Shown here piece by piece: positions 34,969 through 47,447 of a stretch of DNA of 64,000 nucleotides. Below the pieces are notes generated by a model. The model had not been told where the DNA came from. It was given only the letters and a program-made list of their open reading frames with translations, and ran no database searches. The DNA lies in the NCBI GenBank assembly GCA_965287045.1, contig OZ336876.1, positions 85,932,001-85,996,000 on the forward strand, given 5' to 3'. Position numbers and translations under genes: made by a program. Every line of letters begins with the position of its first letter. Position 1 is the stretch's first letter. This DNA is from Carcharhinus amblyrhynchos. Its lineage: Eukaryota.

Positions 34969-37547
34969 TTCAAAAGGCTGGGTTGGGTTTTGGAGTGCAT
35001 GTATGTGGCAGAAAGAAGTCCCTACCTCTCACTCTCTTAGACATGCATTTCCACCAAAGGGAGAAAGACAATTGCCATTCCTAATAACTTCATTATCTAT
35101 AACCCCCTCCTTTTTCAAATTAAATTCTCCAGCTTCCTTTTGAAGGTGACATATCTCCAAATCAACTGTGTTTTGTTTCATACGTCAGGCACATTTTTCA
35201 TGCCACTTTGAGCATTGATTTACATTTCCTTTTCACAAGTTCACTGTTAAATGTTTTTTGAAAGGAGCATTAAAGTACACACACGTCCACAGGAATCATT
35301 AAATGAATATTCGTAGACATGGCACCCATGACAGGAGCTTTTAAGGTTAACGTAGGGAGGGACAAATTAGAAAATATTTTAGATAGTCATAAAAATGTTT
35401 CTGCCCTCCAATTAGAATGGATGGTTAGTTAAAGCATGCTGAATGGATATATTTGCAATGAAAATGTTACATGTAATATGTTGTAATATGTTGCACGAAA
35501 ATGTTAAATGTAGTAATAAGTGAATAATTTCAGAATAGCCTGTATTCAACTTAATGTAAACATCATACACTTAGCAATGTACACTGTGATTAAGTATAAT
35601 CACAGCTAATCTTTCGGGAACATTAAATTGTAATAGTTAACTTGCATTGATTATCAACCTATGTAAGCTTAGCATTAATTTCAGTCGTGGATTAATTTTT
35701 AGTTTTCATAAGATATCCATGCTTAAGGAATTCAACATCAGATATGAACTCAGTTGCAGGTGATTGCATTTTGAACCAACCACAGAATGAACCTCCACCT
35801 ATTGTGCCCAGGCAAAATAGGGCCAGTCACAGAATATTATCTGCAAATGATCTAGCTCCCCAACTCATAATTTCCAGTGCAACCTTGTGTTGCAGACTTA
35901 ATCTTCACAGACTAAAGATGCATTCCAGATATCAGGAGGTAGCGTCCTGCATCATAATTTAGTTCTACGTATGGAAGAATAAAACTGTGGGGAAGAAATT
36001 CAACTTGTCCCCTAAGATGGCTGGATGTCAACAGGGTGACTGTATGCATCCTGATCAAGGACCAAGCTAAATTTGACTCTGGGCTTCATTAAAATGTCAC
36101 CAGCAATCTGTGACCCACTGGTGCTCACCAACTAGGGAAGGCTAGAAGTCTTGTAAAGAGCTGGTAGTGGATTAGTGCTTTTGAATTTTGAGAGCCCTGG
36201 GATGAGCACTGAAATTTGCTTAGACATTTTATTTCAGCAGGCTCCTTTAAATTTGTTTTCTATTCCAAACATTAATGAGACTGGAAATCCTTTTTGGGCT
36301 AAATGTTGAGACTTGACACTAAAACTGCTCCCAATGTATCTTTTAGTGTTGACACTTTTCTACCAAGTGAATTGGCCCTTGTTCTTATTTCTGGATCATT
36401 GAGAAATTATAGTGTAGCATTCAGATTGAATTCTATCAAAATTATGTGGAAATTTTTTTGCATAAAAAGACTGCTATGTTATGAAATAGTTTAATTTCTG
36501 GGTGTGGGTTCCCACTACAAATTAGCACTCGGTTTAAAGACAAATGGTGTCAATAATTGATGTCTTGTGCAAGTGTAACCTAATATCCTTTTCTGTAAAT
36601 TCTACTGAAAAGCTTTCTTGCTGATGTTTTAAATATTTGCTGTGAAGTACAAATAGAAATGAAAGGATTCTGTAGCATTCTGAAAAGTTATTTTCATTAG
36701 TTAGCTAAAGTTGATTCAGAATGATCAGTCTGATTCCGTGAGATGGAGAGCAAAAGTTATGAGACCAAGACAAGTGACAGAGCTCGATTTGTAATCCGAT
36801 AAAGGAACGCACTTATCTGTAAGAAACATTCTGTCAATGCTACTCCAATGAGACTATTGAATTGTATCTTATATCCAGCCATATTCAATGGTAGAATTCC
36901 AGGTGATAAATAATGTAACCAAAATTGAATGAGGATTTTTTTTTTGGAAAGCCCTTAATATTATGCCACTTGGTTAATCTGATTGAACCAGCTTGAGGTA
37001 GAAGACAGAAATTGCTGATAACATTAATTACAGAACTTGGATATAAAATTGATTTAAAACCCAGAAATTTTCTGCAAACCAAAATCCATTTCCACGAGGC
37101 ATCTAAGGGCTAATGTTGTTTTGCCTGGGCACCTCAGATGCTACACAAATGTGATGTACTTAAGGAGTATGGAGTCATTGAGGGAACAACACTGGTTTCT
37201 CACCAGGGCCATCTGGGAACCCTCTGGCGCAGGAACATCCCCTGGGGACCTCATATCAGACTTAGGTGGTTGAAATATGGTTTCAAGTCTATGGCCACCG
37301 TAGCCCCTGGCTGCTGCTTTCTTACAATATACATTATAGTGGGGCGGGGAAAGATAAACTTTTGGTGGCGCAATTCCTGTCACCGGGAAGGCCATGGCCT
37401 AGTGGTATTACCACTGGACTGTTAATCCAGAAATTTAGCTAACATTCTGAGGACACAGATTTGAATCCCGCTGCGGTGGTGGAATTTGAATTCAGTAAAA
37501 AATATCTGGAATTGAGTATCTACTGAAGACCATGAAACCATTGTCAA

Positions 37548-37745
37548 ATAACTGCTTGAAAGTTCCTAAAGTGTCCGACTCCACTATCACAGCAGGCAGT
37601 GCATTCCACACCCCGATCACTCTGAGTAAAGAACCTACCTTGGACATCCCTCCTATATCTCCCACCATGAACCTTGTAGTTTTGCCCCCTAGTAACAGCT
37701 ACATCCACTCGAGGAAATAATCTCTGCACGTCCACTCGATCTATC
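37548..37745 (-). mobile_element. CR1 fragment without tail (different subfamily)
   Basis: ORF 37544-37735: DVQRLFPRVDVAVTRGQNYKVHGGRYRRDVQGRFFTQ. Confidence 0.85.
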
Positions 37746-37746
37746 C

Positions 37747-38522
37747 AGGAATAATGGTAGGAAGGATTATTACTTACGTGGAGAAAAACTGCAGCAGGCG
37801 ACAGTGCAGAGGGACCTCGGGGTCCTTGTGCATGAGTCGCAAAAACCCAGCTTGTAGGTGCAGCAGGTGGTCAGGAAGGCAAATGGGATGCTTGCCTTCA
37901 TAGCGAGGGGGATTGAATATAAAAGTAGGGAGGTCTTGCTGCGGCTGTATAGGGCATTGGTGAGGCCGCAGCTGGAGTACTGTGTGCAGTTTTGGGCGCC
38001 GTACTAACGCAAGGATATTTTGGCCTTGGAGGGAGCGCAGAGGAGGTTTACTAGGCTGATGAGGGGGTTGAGCTATGAGGAGAGGCTGAATAAACTAGGC
38101 TTGTACTTGTTAGAGTTTAGAAGAATGAGGGGAGATCTCATTGAGACGTATAAGATGATGAATGGGATGGATAGGATAGAGGTGGAAAGACTCTTCCTGC
38201 TCAGAAAGGACAGTAGGACTAGGGGGCACAGCCTCAAGATAAAGGGAGGGCGGTTTAGAACGGAGTTGGGGAAGAACTTCTTCACTCAAAGGGTGGTGAA
38301 TCTCTGGAATTCTCTGCCCGTTGAAGTGGTGGAGGCTACCTCGCTAAATATTTTTAAGACGCGGGTTGATGGGTTTTTGATAAGCGAGGGGTTTAAGGGT
38401 TCTGGGGAGAGGGCGGGAAAGTGGAACTGAGCCACGACAGATCAGCCATGATCTTATTAAATGGCGGGGCAGGCTCGAAGGGCCAGATGGCCTACTCCTG
38501 CTCCTATTTCTTATGTTCTTAT
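37747..38522 (+). mobile_element. Young CR1 fragment
   Basis: Near-identical to 40770-41550; has in-frame stops and a small deletion; 3' tail present. Confidence 0.95.
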
Positions 38523-40252
38523 GTTGGAAAAACCCATCCAGTGCACTAATGTCCTTTAGGGAAGGAAATCTACCTTCCTTACTGGGTCTGGCCTTCATGT
38601 GACTCCAGAGCCACAGCAACGTGGTTGACTCTCAGCTGCTCTCCAAAGGCAAGTAGGGCTGCCCATGTCCCACAAATGAATAAAAGGTTTTGGGAAGTTC
38701 TTGATGACAATGTCTGTCTGTGAATGAAAGTAAATTGAAGGCTAGGTGCCATGAAGGGCTCCATCACCTCGTTGCCATCCCTAAGCTAGCCTTGCTTCTA
38801 CTGAAGTTGCAGTTATTTTGAATTTAGGAAATCCTTAGGCATTACAGAATGGGTACTTGATGTAATTGATCCTGATCCCACTTACACGCCTCACAACTTC
38901 AGTTGCCAACAATTTAAATCTGATTGTCAGGATAGTTGCAACAATACCTCTTTTTTTAATAATTTACTATCAAATTGCTCCCTTCCTATTTGAATAATTA
39001 GTAAGAGTTAGAATTTTAGGATAATCCAGAACAAATAAGGATAATGTTAATGATCAGAAAGGAGAAGATTTCTTGATGTGGGTTTAGGACTCTCTCTCTT
39101 TTTGGACTAGTATGTTGCTACTCACCAAGGAAAGAATTAAGTCTGCGCTAGTTGATGTGATTTAGGTGGTAAAGGGGAGCAAGTACAGGATCTTTGGGAG
39201 GCATGTTGACCACATTGTACTTGGCTTCAATGTTAGAATAGAAAGAAGAAAAGAAATGATACTTGACTGAAAAAGATTAAATTACAATAAGTTGAAAAAA
39301 GACTTTGTATAAATTATTGTTTGGATTTATTTTCTGGAGAAAATTCTTGGTTTGGAGATACAGGTCCTTAAGGTAGGCTGTAACATCATCCCTGTGAATT
39401 TCTGGTATTCCACAGACGTAACTATAAGATAGATAGCACTGATTAATTGAATAAATGAATAACAACCTACAAGTGTAAAAGCAAAATACTCGATGTTGAA
39501 AATCTAAAGTAACAATAGAAAATGTTATCTCAGCAGATCTGGGCAGCATCTGAAGAGAGAAAAACAGAGTTTTAGGACAATGACCTGGTGTTGCACTGAA
39601 AAACGTTAGTTAGAGATGCGATAGATGTTAAACAAGTTCAGATGCAGAGAATGGGGAGGGAAGGGAGGCAATGCTATGATGGTAGCAGGATAACTTGAAT
39701 CACAAAAGGGGTGAAGGTGCAAGCAGAGCACATGGTAATGGGACATGTAAAGAAATAAAAGATAGGTCTAGAGAAGTTGCAAATTGTAACAGTGGAGTCA
39801 TTACTGACAGCTACAGTCCGAAAAAGTGGAAGCGGTTTTTATTATGTAACTTTGCTATTTATTTTTTGGCTGATCAGTTACCTTGCCAATTTCAAAAATC
39901 TACCATCGTATTAGTCTCCAAACCAAGCTTATAAAAAATAACCTTGTACAGAGTGTTTGTCTATCCAGTATGAAGCTCCCACTCTCATTGCAGGAACACA
40001 TTTACCTGATTTATATCCAGCCAGTTTGGGTGCAGGTTAACAGACCCAAGACCTGCAGAATGTGTTGGAATTTAACCAGCTAAGACCATGCAGCCCATCT
40101 ACCGACAGCACTAACAGCCTTGCTACTGCCTCTTCAAGCAGCATCACTTCACTAGTCATGGGTATTTACTTGCAACGTTATCTGGAACCGAGTAGGAGAA
40201 TCCCAGGGCAGAAGTTTCCTCTCCTAGGATGATCAAGCGTCATGAGGACCCT

Positions 40253-41556
40253 GCATCTTGAGGGGAATTGCTTGATAGAGCAGACACAGCACGGTTTCGT
40301 TAAGGGGAAGTCGTGTCTGACAAATTTACTGGAGTTCTATGAGGATGTGTCTAGGGCGGTGGATAGAGGAGAGCCGGTGGATGTGGTCTTCCTTGATTTT
40401 CAGAAGGCGTTTGACAAGGTACCTCACAAGAGATTATTGCAGAAGGTCAGGGGACATGGAGTTGGAGGTAGGGTGTTAGCGTGGATAGAGGACTGGTTGT
40501 CAAATAGGAGGCAGAGAGTGGGGGTCAATATGGAGTGCCTCAGGGGTCGGTGCTGGGGCCTCAGCTATTTACCATTTATATAGATGATCTGGAGGAGGGA
40601 ACCGAGTGTATGGTGTCGAAATTTGCTGATGACACCAAGATTGGTGGAACGGCAAATTGCGTGGAGGGTGTGGAGAGTCTGCAGAAGGATCTAGATAGGC
40701 TGGGCGAATGGGCCAGGAACTGGCAAATGGAATTTAATGTTGGCAAGTGTGAAGTGGTCCACTTTGGTAGGAATAATGGTAGGAAGGATTATTACTTACG
40801 TGGAGAAAAACTGCAGCAGGCGACGGTGCAGAGGGACCTCGGGGTCCTTGTGCATGAGTCGCAAAAACCCAGCTTGCAGGTGCAGCAGGTGGTCAGGAAG
40901 GCAAATGGGATGCTTGCCTTCATAGCGAGGGGGATTGAATATAAAAGTAGGGAGGTCTTGCTGCGGCTGTATAGGGCATTGGTGAGGCCGCAGCTGGAGT
41001 ACAGTGTGCAGTTTTGGGCGCCGTACTTACGCAAGGATATTTTGGCCTTGGAGGGAGTGCAGAGGAGGTTTACTAGGCTGATTCCGGAGTTGAGGGGGTT
41101 GAGCTATGAGGAGAGGCTGAATAAACTAGGCTTGTACTCGTTAGAGTTTAGAAGAATGAGGGGAGATCTCATTGAGACATATAAGATGATGAATGGGATG
41201 GATAGGATAGAGGTGGAGAGACTCTTCCTGCTCAGAAAGGACAGTAGGACTAGGGGGCACAGCCTCAAGATAAAGGGGGGGCGGTTTAGAACGGAGTTGA
41301 GGAAGAACTTCTTCACTCAAAGGGTGGTGAATCTCTGGAATTCTCTGCCCGTTGAAGTGGTGGAGTCTACCTCGCTAAATATTTTTAAGACGCGGGTTGA
41401 TGGGTTTTTGATAAGAGAGGGGATTAAGGGTTATGGGGAGAGGGCGGGAATGTGGAACTGAGCCACGGCAGATCAGCCATGATCTTATTGAATGGCGGGG
41501 CAGGCTCGAAGGGCCAGATGGTCTACTCCTGCTCCTATTTCTTAAGTTCTTAAGTT
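40253..41556 (+). mobile_element. Young CR1 fragment
   Basis: ORFs 40242-40583 and 40535-41461 (RT) are separated by one internal deletion; 3' tail present. Confidence 0.95.
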
Positions 41557-42169
41557 CAAACCTGAGGGCACCTGATAGGCCAATCTGCCAGAGGTAGATC
41601 AAGCAGAAATGACTAAGGATAAACGCTGGGGAGATCCCCTTCTAAGTAATAGCACCAGGGAGAAAAGGGAAACTGTTGGTGAAGATGAACAACCTGATTT
41701 TGGATAGTTAGGAAAGGACTCGTATGAATAGTCATCTGGAGCTGGATAACATGAGAGATGGCAGTAGAGGATGACTTAGCTCCTCGTTTCCATTGTCACA
41801 TGTTCCTTTCTACATCAGTCAGTATTGTCAACCGTGGCATCATCCTTCCCTGCCCAACTCTCATGATATCCAGCACTCCACCATACTGTTCTAATGTGAG
41901 TTCTTTCCTGCCTATCTGAGCGAAGGCAGTTCATCTCTAGCGGTAGTGCCAGGAAGAAGAGAAAAATTGTCACCTCCTGTTAGAGGCATTGGAATTATCA
42001 GTAACTGTATGAATATTAATTTTGTGGTTGCCAGAATGAATTTCTCTACAGCCAGTCCCATTGGCAACAATGATTTAATTGCCCATGATGCATTTCCATT
42101 TTCCTACATTCTCTGCTCCAAAAAACACATGAACAATGCATCAAATATGAAAATATAAGAAACATTAAT

Positions 42170-42395
42170 TAGAACATAGAACACTGCAGCACAGGAACAG
42201 GCCCTTGGGCCCAGGTTGTTGTGCCTAACATGAAACCAGATTAAACTAAACCCTTCTGCCTGCCCTTAGTCCATATTTATCTATTCCTTGCATTTTCATG
42301 TGCTTATAAAAGACCCTGGTGGCATTGCTAGGCACCGACAAAGAAAAAAATTGCCCCTCACATCTCCTTTGAGTTTTCCCGCACTCACCTTCAGT
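42170..42395 (-). mobile_element. CR1 3' fragment
   Basis: tagaacatagaacactgcagcacaggaacaggccc tail and 3' UTR. Confidence 0.8.
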
Positions 42396-42439
42396 GAAAC
42401 ATTACCTAAAAACTAAAAATAAATCTTTTCAATATTAAA

Positions 42440-45400
42440 GACTCTATCTGCATGCATGTAGCATTCAAAACAAAACTGACGATTTGAGTTCAAACCAAAA
42501 TGAATAAACATGATCTGATGTTCATTACAGAAACATGGCTACATGATGACATAGATTGGGACCTGAATATTGAAGGGTACATGACATTTAGGATGGACAG
42601 GAAGCTAGGAAAAGGCAGAAGAGTGGCTCAGTTAATTAATAATTAGCGCAATAGAGAGAGGTGACCTAGGTTCAGGATAGCAGGATGTAGAAACACTTTG
42701 GTTAGGGATGATTAATGGAAGAAGTCACTTTTGGGAGTAGTGTACACAGCACCGAATAGTAATCACATAGGAAAGGGTATAAAAGAAGAAATAATGGGAG
42801 TTTATCAGAAATGTATGGTGATAATCATGGGAATTTAATCTGCATTTAAGCAGGGAAAATCAGATGGACAAATGTCGCCTCGAGGTGAAATTCATAGAAC
42901 GTTTTCAGAATGGTTTTGTAGAACAGCACATTCTGGCGCTGACCAGAGAGCAGACTATTTTAGATCTGACATTGTGCAATGAAATAGGATTAATTAGTGA
43001 CTATAATGAAGGCACCAGTCATAATGTAATTGAATGCTACATTCAGTTTGAGAGAGAGAAGAGTGGGTCTAGTATTTTTAAGACTAGTATTTTAAACTTA
43101 ACTAAGGGCAATTATGAGGGCATGAAAGCAGAACAATCTAAAGTAAACTGGCAAATTAAGTTAAGGGTTAGGTCAATAAAGATGCAGTGACAGTCGTTTA
43201 AGAGAATATTTCAGAATACACAGACTGAATATATCTTATTGTGAAAGAAAAATTCCAAGAGGAGGACTCACCATCCGTGGTGTTAACTAAAAAAAGTTAA
43301 AGATAGTATCAAAGAATACAAGAGGCCGTTCACCCATCGGGTCTGCACTGACACATGAAATACCCTGACCTGTCTACCTAATCCCACTTGCCAGCCCTTG
43401 GCCCACAGCCTTGAATGTTATGACATGTTAAGTACTCATCCAGGTACTTTTTTAAAGGATGTGTGGGATCCCGCCTTCGCCACCCTGCCAGGCTGTGCAT
43501 TCCAGATGTCACCACACTCTGAGTAAAAAGGTTTTTCCACAAATCTCCCTACACCTCCTACTCCTCACTTTTACCTTGTGTACCCTTGTAACTGACCCTT
43601 CAACTAAGGGGGACAGCTGCTCCCTATTCACCCAGTCCATGCCCGTCATAATATTGAACACCTCAATCAGGTTGCCGCTCAGTCTTCTCTGCTGCGATGA
43701 AAACCCAAGCCTATCCAACCTCTCTTCATAACTTAAATGTTCCATCCCAGGCTGCATCCTGGTGAATCTCCTCTGCACCCCCTCCAGAGCGTTCACGTCC
43801 TTCCTCTAATGTGGTGACCAGAACTGCACACAGTACTCCAGTGGCCTCACCAAAGTTCCATACAACTCCATCATGACCTCTCTGTTTTGGAATCCATACC
43901 CCGATTGATAAAGTGTGCCATATATCTTTTTCACCACCCTTTTGACTTGCTTTTCCATCTTCAGAGATCTATGACGAACTTAAAGAAAAGCACAAAATTG
44001 TGCAAGATGGGTGGCACGTCAGAAGGTTGAACAGAATATAGAAAACAGAAAAGAATGACCGAACAATTGATAAAGGGGGAAAAATTACAGTATGAGAGAA
44101 AGATGGCTAGAAATAGAGTTTTTATAGTTAATTACAAAAGAATAGAATAAACTGAATGTTGGTCCAATAGAAGGTGAGCCTGGAGAGTTAATAATGGAAA
44201 ATAAGGAGATGTCAGATGAATTGAACTAATACTTTACATTGGTCTTCAGTAGATAGCAAATAAATAACCAAAAATAATTGTAAATCAGGAAATAGAGGGA
44301 GGAAATTGGGGAAGCTTACAATCACCAGGTGAGTGGCACTTGAAAAAATCATTGGAGCTGCATGCTGATGAGTTGTTGGGTGATTTTTCTTTAAATACAT
44401 TTTTATGGGATGGACTTCATCCTAAGGTTTTATAAGAAGTGACTAGTGAGATGGTTGATGCCTCAGTTTTAATTTTCCAGAATCCTCTAGATTCAGGGAA
44501 AGGTTTCATTGGAAAATAGCAAATGCAATTCCTTTAGTCAAAAAGGAAGGAAGACAACCAGTAGAAAACTAAAAGCCAATGAACTTAACATCTGCCATTG
44601 GGAAAATGCTCGAAGCAGTTAGAGATTGAAGATGTTATAGCAGGGCACTTGGGAAAAATTCAGGGGTAATCAGGCAGAGTCAACATGGTTATGTGAGAGA
44701 GAAATCACATTTAACCAATCTATTGAAGTTCTTTGAAGGAGTAACATGTACTGTGTGTGGAAGAGAATTGTTGGTGTACTGAAATTCAATTTCCAGAAGT
44801 TACTTCATAAGACTACTACAAAGGTTATTACAAAAAATAAAAGCTCATGATGCAGGGGTAACATATTGACATGGATAGAAGATTGGCTAGTTAACACAGA
44901 GCAAAGAATAAACATACATAGACCTTTCTCTGATTGGCAGGATGCAACAAATGGTGTGCCATAGGGATCAGTGCTGGGGGCTCAACATTTTACAATGTAC
45001 ATAAATGAAGGGATCGATTTTAAATTTGCAGATGACGCAAGGATAGGTAGGATCGATAGTAAGATGTGAAAAGGACAAGGAGGCCACAAAAGGATACCAA
45101 TAGGTTAAATGAGGAGACATAGACCTGACAAGTGGAGTGTAATGTGGGCAAATGTAAAGTTGCCTATTTTGGCAGGAAGGATTAAAAAAAATCTAAATGG
45201 TGAGAGGTTGTAGAACCCTGAGATACAGAGGGATCTGGGTGTCCTTGTGCATGAATCACAAAAGGCTAGAATGCAAATACAGCAAGCAATTAGGAATGCT
45301 CATTGAATGTTACCATTTATTGTGAGGCGAATTGAATATAAAACTAGGGAGATTATGCTTCAGTTATACAGGGTATTTGTGAGACTACATCTGAAGTATT

Positions 45401-45790
45401 GTGTAAATTATTGGTCACCTTACTGAAGGAAGGATGTAAATGTAACATGGAATGGGCAGGTTTGTCTTCTGAGGAAAGACTGGACAGGAATTTAGAAGAG
45501 GAAAAGGCACCTTGGTTGACATAAGATCTGTGGGGCCTTGACAGGAATGATGTGGAGAGGATGTTTGCCTTTGTAGGACAATCAGGACAGAAGTAAGGAG
45601 AAATTGTTTCTGAGGGTTGAGAGTCTTTGGGACTCTCTTCCTCAAAAGGCAGTGGAAATGCAAAGGCAGATAGGTTCAAGTGGTGGAAGGTGGGAATGTG
45701 TAGTTGAGGTTACAGTCAGATTATCCATGATCTCATTGAATGGTGGAGAAGGTTTGAAGGACTGAGTGCCTGTGCCTGCTCTTAATGCCC
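42440..45790 (+). mobile_element. Old, degenerate, near full-length CR1 ORF2 (APE endonuclease plus RT)
   Basis: ITETWL (attacagaaacatggcta), ILDLTLCNE, SVLG and KFADD remnants with many frameshifts; 3' UTR present. Confidence 0.85.
43315..43975 (-). mobile_element. CR1 nested in the older CR1
   Basis: ORF 43509-43796 (ALEGVQRRFTRMQPGMEHLSYEERLDRLG), opposite orientation to its host. Confidence 0.85.
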
Positions 45791-46161
45791 ATGTTTGTTT
45801 GTATATTCGTATTGATTCCCTCCTGTCACTTTTAATTTGAATTTCAGGCAACTTCCATTTAACACATTAGCATGGTCAGAAATCTTGCTCAGATATCAGA
45901 AAGTCCAATAGGTTTTCTGATGATTTTCATTGATGCTACTTGTATGTTTAATGAAGGAGCAGCAGTGATTGGCGCCAAATGTTTATTCTAAACTGGAAGA
46001 TAAAAGGATCGCCTTTTCATTAGGCTATGAAGGGGGATGGGGTGGGGGGGGGGGGGGGCGCGCGGGTGGATGTCGGAGGATTGAGTTTCCTGTTCTGCAC
46101 TTAAATTTGTTGCTAGTGCTAAGTGACAAAGCAAAAAATGCGCCTTCAGCTTTCAAAGATT

Positions 46162-46407
46162 GGTGATTCCTCTTGACCATCTGTAGTACGTCTTTGGAGG
46201 CAGAAGTCCCTTCACCAAAATCCGTTTATTTACAAACAGCAGTATAAAGAATGCTGTTATCAGTCTGCTTCCAGGGGGTGTCAGAGGAACTGACACTCCC
46301 AGTTAAGTACAAGGCAAAGACTCCCTGTTTGGCCCATCAATTGGATCCTTAATCAGGGAGTTAATACTCCAACAGGCCAGCCTCAATGGACTGTCTGAAG
46401 TCATTCA
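46162..46407 (-). mobile_element. Possible solo LTR
   Basis: About 250-bp unit bounded by TG…CA, with AATAAA on the minus strand (tttatt near 46226). No clear target-site duplication. Confidence 0.35.
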
Positions 46408-46511
46408 GGTGCCCTTCTCTTTATTCCTTTATTGTTAATTTGATTTGGTTTAATTGTTTGGCCCGAAAAGAGCCTCTTTATTGCTAATGTTTCTTTTGTT
46501 TTAATCCATAG

Positions 46512-46680
46512 TATACCCGACGATCACTTTGAAGATCATAGTGCACCACCATCACCTGAGGAGAAGGATGCAGGGTTCTTCATGCTACAGAAAGACAGTG
46601 AGCGAAGGGCCACTCTACATCGGATACTGTCTGAGGACCAGGACAAAGTTGTGAGGAACTTGCTTGAATCTCTGATGCAG
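46512..46680 (+). CDS. MAP3K5: MAP3K5 exon (169 nt)
   Basis: ccatag|TATACCC...ATGCAG|gtgaat. SIPDDHFEDHSAPPSPEEKDAGFFMLQKDSERRATLHRILSEDQDKVVRNLLESLMQ includes the PPSP inhibitory-phosphosite motif. Confidence 0.95.
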
Positions 46681-47144
46681 GTGAATGCGCATTTCCCACC
46701 TTTATGTAAAACTGATTATGTTTTAAATCATTAAAAATGGTTTTAGCCAGTTTTTAATATTCCCAGCCACAGCTGAAATATCTACTTCTTTTGCCATCCG
46801 TTTCCTCCAGCAAACCCTGCATCCCATCTCTTGCCAGTTCAGTTAACCAAAGTGACTGATCTCATTTTTCTTTTCCCCCTTCAAACTCAATCGGGGCAAT
46901 TAGAAAACGTGCAGCAAAAACGATGGGAATTATCCCTCATTTCTTCTGGATATATTGCAAGCTAAAGTGGATATGCATCGGTAGAATCTGTTGTTAAATT
47001 TGATTTATTGTTTAGAAATTGTTTGTTTTCCTTCCTCCCTCCCAGTTAATGCAGCTGCTTCTCTTCCCACCTTTACCTGCTCATACTTTTTTTTTCTGCC
47101 CCAAAGTTTGTAAACTATCCCCATCAAAAAGAACCTTCCCTTAG

Positions 47145-47447
47145 TATGGCATGATGGCACAGTGGTTAGCGCTGCTGCCTCACAGCACCAGGGACCCAGG
47201 TTCGACTCCCGACTTGGGTCATTGTCTGTGGAGTTTGCACGTTCTTCCTGTGTCTGCATGGGTTTCCTTCGGGTGCTCCAGTTTCCTCCGACTGTCCAAA
47301 AGATGTGCTGGTTAGATGAGTTGACCATGCTAAATTCTCCCTCAGTGTATCTGAACCGGCGCTGGAGTGTGGCAACTCGGGGATTTTCACAGTAACTTCA
47401 TCGCAGTGTTAATGTAAGCCTACTTGTGACATTAATACATAAACTTT
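47145..47447 (+). mobile_element. HE1-like SINE, tail B
   Basis: Matches the family by eye. Confidence 0.88.

Larger units (their letters stand above)
37385..38685 (+). mobile_element. Second-family SINE split by a composite CR1 insertion
   Basis: The 5' half (37385-37547) and 3' half (38523-38685) are colinear with 25111-25485. Confidence 0.75.
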
